From assembly GCA_963844035.1 (NCBI GenBank), contig CAWJMT010000004.1, positions 96,001 through 160,000 on the forward strand: a stretch of DNA of 64,000 nucleotides. The letters are read 5' to 3'. The first letter of the stretch is position 1. Each line of letters opens with the position of its first letter. The notes below the pieces were generated by a model. That model was given only the letters and a program-made list of their open reading frames with translations. It did not search any database and was not told the origin of the DNA. The DNA is from an uncultured Gemmatimonadales bacterium. Lineage in GTDB: Bacteria; Gemmatimonadota; Gemmatimonadetes; Gemmatimonadales; GWC2-71-9. The position numbers were made by a program, and so were the translations under genes. Positions 60,015-64,000 of the stretch are shown here, piece after piece.

Positions 60015-60385
60015 GGCGCCGCCACCGTCACCGTCCGCGCGACCGAAGCCGTCAATCCCGGCCCGGTCACCGTCACGGTGATCTTTTTATAGTCGTTGGA
60101 GCCCGTCGTCGTGCGGATGATCTGCGTCACCCGCTGGAACCCGGGCAATGTTGGGAAACTCGTCTCCGTCGTCGCGTACAGACTGTCGAGCGTGACATAG
60201 TTCGGATCGGTCCGGATCTGATCGAGCCGGTCGTTCACGAGCTGCATGGCCGCTTCCTGGCGATCGCTGACCGCCGCGATGTTCGCCGTTTTCCCCGTCA
60301 TCGTGACCAGCCCCACCATGACGACCAGCAGGATCGTCAAGGCCACCACGACTTCGATCAATGTGAATCCGCGTGAATTGGCCAT
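60011..60385 (-). CDS. PilV-like prepilin (set 1)
   Basis: SRG|FTLIEVVVALTIL; YKKITVTV. Confidence 0.85.
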   Translation of the reverse strand: MANSRGFTLIEVVVALTILLVVMVGLVTMTGKTANIAAVSDRQEAAMQLVNDRLDQIRTDPNYVTLDSLYATTETSFPTLPGFQRVTQIIRTTTGSNDYKKITVTVTGPGLTASVARTVTVAAP

Positions 60386-60387
60386 TG

Positions 60388-60955
60388 TCAGAACGCCCTC
60401 ACCCAGGTGGTGCCGTTGTACCGAGACCAGGAAGCCCGGCCGGTCGCGCGATCGAGCGTGATGGCGCGCGCATCTTTGGCGTACGACGCGTAGTTCGCTG
60501 CCGCGTTTCGAGATCAGGTAGAATCCCGCCGGCTCGCTCGCGCTGCCATCGCGGTGGAACACCAGGGCCTTGTAGCCCTGCACGGTCTTCGTGAACGACA
60601 GCGGACCGGCGCCGATCTGCGCCAGCGCCGTCGCTGAGCCTTTCCCGTACACGATCTTGTCGCCCAGCGGAATCGACCGGACCCGCTCACCGGCCTCCAC
60701 CGTCCCGTTGTTGTTCCTGTCCTCGTGCACCCGCAGCGCCTGCTTGGCCGTGTCGAACATCACGATGATGTCGTGCTGCTTGGCGATCGACTGCCGCTCG
60801 AGGGCCAAGAGCTGCATTCCGGTGCCCTGCATGGCGCTCTCGACCTGGTACTTGGTCACGTCGATCTTCGGGGCCGCGAACGCGACGATCATCCCGAGAA
60901 TGATGAAAACCACCAACAGCTCGATCAGTGTGACACCACGACGACCTAGGCGCAT
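60388..60955 (-). CDS. FimT/GspH-like prepilin (frameshift near 3' end)
   Basis: RRG|VTLIELLVVFIILG..AP; D.NNNG...GE; LVFHRDGSA. Confidence 0.83.
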
Positions 60956-60985
60956 AAGAAATCCCCCATTTGCCTCGCCACGTAG

Positions 60986-61000
60986 GCAGGTCGCATGCCA
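60986..61000 (-). promoter_or_regulatory. Putative sigma-54 (-24/-12) promoter for the minor pilin operon
   Basis: TGGCATGCGACCTGC with exact GG-N10-GC spacing, 30 nt upstream of ATG 60955. Confidence 0.7.
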
Positions 61001-61069
61001 TGAATTAACATGCGTAGTGACAATGACTTGAGTGAATTGGACGCGCCGCTCGCGGGCGCAAGATCCCGC

Positions 61070-61093
61070 ACTAGTGCAACTCGTTGCACTAGT
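61070..61093. promoter_or_regulatory. Perfect palindrome, candidate enhancer (UAS) for a sigma-54 activator
   Basis: ACTAGTGCAAC-TC-GTTGCACTAGT, 70-93 nt upstream of the -24 element. Confidence 0.55.
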
Positions 61094-62443
61094 CGAGCTG
61101 GTACTGCCTGAGCTTGTAGAAGAGCGTCCGCAGGCTGATCCCCAACCGCTGAGCCGCGTCGCGCCGGCTGCCGCCGGTCGCCGCCAGCGCGGCCGCGATG
61201 GTGCGGCGTTCCGCCGCCTCCACCGCCTCCTCCAGCGTTCCCGGCATTGCCATCGGACCGGGGCGCACGCCGGAGCGGCCGCGCGCGCCTCGGGCCGGAA
61301 ATGGTCGGGCTCGAGCACGGTCGCGTCCGACAGTACCGCGGCCCGCTCGAGCGCGTGCTCGAGCTGGCGAATGTTGCCGGGCCATTCCTGCTGCTCCAAC
61401 CACGCCAGGGCCGCCGGACTGATCGAGAGACGACGGCCGAAGCGGTGCGCCAGCCGCGCCACGAAGTGCCGCGCCAGCGGCGCGATGTCTTCACGCCGCG
61501 CGGCGAGCGGCGGCAGGTGAATCGCGACCACGTTCAGCCGATCGAACAGGTCCTCCCGGAACCGGCCGGCCGCGGCGTCGCCCGCCAGGTCGCGCGCGGT
61601 GGCCGCGAGCAGGCGCACATCCAGACGTCGCGTCCGCTGGTCGCCGACGCGGCGGATCTCCCCCTCCTGCAGGACGCGCAGCAGCTTCGCCTGGAGCGCC
61701 AGCGGCAGCTCGCCGATCTCGTCCAGCAGCAGGGTGCCGCCGTCGGCCTGCTCGAACAGGCCCGGCCGGTCTCCCGCCGCACCCGTGAATGCACCCTTCA
61801 CGTGACCGAACAGCTCGGACTCGAGCAGCGCATCGGGAATGGCCGCGCAGTTCACGGCGACGAACGGCTGCGCGGCGCGCGGGCTGGCGCGGTGAATCGC
61901 CTGCGCGATGACCTCTTTCCCCGTCCCCCGCTCGCCGGTGATGAGCACGGTGGTGCGGTGCTCAGCCACGCGGGCCACGAGGGCGAGCGCCTGTTTCATC
62001 GCCGCGCTCTCGGCGATGAGGGCGCGGTTCACCGGACTGCTGTCGAGCTGTGCTTTGAGTGTCGCGACGGTGTGGCGAAGCCGCTCCCGCTCCTCCGCCT
62101 TGCGGAGGGTGAGGACCACCTCGTCGGGGCGGAACGGCTTGGGGATGTAGTCGTACGCCCCTTCCTTCATCGCGGCGAGGGCGGACTCTTCACCCCCGTA
62201 TGCGCTCATCATGACGATCAGGGCTGCACCTCCCGCATCCTTGTACGCGCGCAGGAACTCGAGCCCGCCCATCTCCGGCATCCGTACGTCGCACAGGATC
62301 AGATCGAACGGCTCGGCCATTGCGCGCGCGAGCGCCTTGGCGCCGTCACTCTCCGACGTGACCGAGTACCCGGCGTCCGCCAGCAGCAGGCCGAGCGACT
62401 GGCGCAGGCCCGGCTCATCGTCCACCACCAGGACTCGACTCAT
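61089..62443 (-). CDS. Sigma-54-dependent response regulator, PilR-like (frameshift ~61260)
   Basis: [25 protein letters not shown], Fis HTH. Confidence 0.92.
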
Positions 62444-63585
62444 GCGTCGTTACGCCTCGCGCGATCAGCGGCCGGAAAGAACATCTTGAATGCGGCTCCA
62501 CCCTCCCGCGCGGTATCGACCCACACGACGCCCCCCATGTCGTCCACCGCTCGGGCGACGATCGCCAGGCCGAGCCCGGTGCCGCGGCCCGGCTCCTTGG
62601 TGGTGAAGAACGGATCGAAGATGCGCTCGCGATTCCCCGCGGCCACCCCCGGTCCCGAGTCGGCCACGAACAGCAGGGCCCCAGGCTCACCCAGCGCGAA
62701 ATCCGCCCGTCCCGGGCGGCGCTCGAACCCGCGCTGGAAACCAACCGAACCGTGGTCGGTCTCGCGCCGCGGCGCGGCGCGGCGTTCGTACTCCCACCCC
62801 CGCGCACCCAGTACCACCACCCCTTGAGGAGTGGCGTCCACGGCGTTCAAGACGAGGTTCACGATCACCTGCTCCAGGAGATGGGCGCGTCCCAGAATCT
62901 GAGGCACGTCCGGGGTGACTTCCACCGCGGCCGAGACCGCCTTCAGAACCCCCTGAGCGCTGAGCAGGGCATGGGCGCCCTGTAAGATGGTCCCGGGGTC
63001 GAGGGGGACCAGAGCTTCCTCCTGCGGCCGCGCATAGTCCAGGAGGCTGCGGACGATCCGGTCGATCCGGTCGATCTCCCGGCCCAAGCCGGCCACCACC
63101 TCCGGATCCGCGCCACGGCGCCGCAGCACTTCGACGTAGGTGCCCATCGCGCCCAGCGGGTTTCCCACCTCGTGCGCGATCCCGGCGGCGAGCCGCCCCA
63201 CGCTGGCGAGTTTTTCGGTGCGGACGAGCTGGCTCTGGGCGTCGAGCAGGTAGTCCGTCATGCGGTTCAAGCGCTTGGACAGCATTTCGAAGTCGCGGGT
63301 CTCCGCCTCTTCGGCGCGGGCTCCGAGATCTCCGCCGGCCACCGCATCGGCCACCGCGACGAGTCGCTCGACCGGGCGCAGCACCAGCCGGCCCACCAGG
63401 TAGCGCCCGAAGAAAATGAAGACGATCACGTCGAGAGGAACGACGGTGAGAACGAAGGGAAGCGCACGATTGGGGGCGAGGGCGGTGACCAGGACGACCG
63501 TCACAGCTCCGAGCAGCAGGGCGGTGGCGGCGAGGAACGCCAGGTTGAAGAGCAGCTCGGTACGCAGCGACGGCTTGGAAGCCAT
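62440..63585 (-). CDS. HAMP-domain sensor histidine kinase, PilS-like by context
   Basis: Two TM segments, [34 protein letters not shown]. Confidence 0.92.
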   Translation of the reverse strand: MASKPSLRTELLFNLAFLAATALLLGAVTVVLVTALAPNRALPFVLTVVPLDVIVFIFFGRYLVGRLVLRPVERLVAVADAVAGGDLGARAEEAETRDFEMLSKRLNRMTDYLLDAQSQLVRTEKLASVGRLAAGIAHEVGNPLGAMGTYVEVLRRRGADPEVVAGLGREIDRIDRIVRSLLDYARPQEEALVPLDPGTILQGAHALLSAQGVLKAVSAAVEVTPDVPQILGRAHLLEQVIVNLVLNAVDATPQGVVVLGARGWEYERRAAPRRETDHGSVGFQRGFERRPGRADFALGEPGALLFVADSGPGVAAGNRERIFDPFFTTKEPGRGTGLGLAIVARAVDDMGGVVWVDTAREGGAAFKMFFPAADRARRNDA

Positions 63586-63597
63586 GACGCCACAATA

Positions 63598-63631
63598 CAA
63601 GAAAAGAGCGGCGGGGAAAGCCCCGCCGCTC
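63598..63631 (-). terminator. Intrinsic terminator downstream of the pilin gene
   Basis: 11-bp stem GAGCGGCGGGG/CCCCGCCGCTC followed by TTTTCTT on the minus strand. Confidence 0.8.
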
Positions 63632-63653
63632 CCTGACTACCCAGCCGACCTGC

Positions 63654-64000
63654 TTACTGGCAGACCGGCGCGCCCTCAGGCGACGCGGCCGAAGCCGGAG
63701 CCGTCGGCGTCACGGCGCCGATGTAGATGCCGCAGCTCTTCGACGTGTTGGTGTTGGTGACGTTCACCGTCCAACCCGCCTGCGTACCCGTACCGGTCGT
63801 CACGGTGCCCAGCGTATTGCCGGTCGTCGTACAGAACGAGACCGAACCCGCCGGCGCCGGATTGGCGCACGACACGGCCGTGGTGTACTTGATCGAGTCG
63901 GCGAAATACGCCTCCTCGGCGGTCACCAGGTTGCGCATGTCGGACTTCATGGAGGCGATGTACGCCTTTTCCTTCGTGTTGGCGAACTTCGGGATCGCGA
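63654..64000 (-). CDS. pilA: Type IV major pilin, 5'-partial
   Basis: AIPKFANTKEKAYIASMKSDMRNL...EAYF; four Cys in the C-terminal domain. Confidence 0.85.
   Translation of the reverse strand, partial: AIPKFANTKEKAYIASMKSDMRNLVTAEEAYFADSIKYTTAVSCANPAPAGSVSFCTTTGNTLGTVTTGTGTQAGWTVNVTNTNTSKSCGIYIGAVTPTAPASAASPEGAPVCQ

Noticed and set aside
60011..62443. Apparent sigma-54 regulator-prepilin fusion (810 aa)
   Set aside because: Two indels join three genes. The regulator HTH ends at TAG 61089 and a promoter lies between the genes.

Overview
GC-rich (~70%) chromosomal window, inferred from gene content and order to be Gemmatimonadota-like. More than 20 genes, including topA, gcvT, aroK, trmFO, pilM and pilQ, carry single-base frameshifts. 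I read these as uncorrected long-read indels, so ends of split genes are approximate. Ordinary content: an EmrAB-TolC/TetR efflux operon, the F0+delta half of the ATP synthase operon, hslUV-xerC-trmFO-topA-aroK-aroC, argF-gcvT, and a large type IV pilus locus (pilA, PilSR-like pair, two sets of minor pilins, pilMNOPQ). The most interesting region is 26.1-34.5 kb, a candidate peptide/c-di-GMP signalling island. It contains an unannotated 26-aa Trp-terminated peptide gene (31062-31142, strong RBS, structured leader) directly upstream of a multi-TM HD-GYP protein. That gene converges on a BTAD-AAA-TPR regulator whose TPR half shares a low-GC block with the HD-GYP gene. Upstream on the same strand are an HTH-receiver protein, a conserved hypothetical protein and a diguanylate cyclase fused to a degenerate [FeFe]-hydrogenase-like Fe-S domain.
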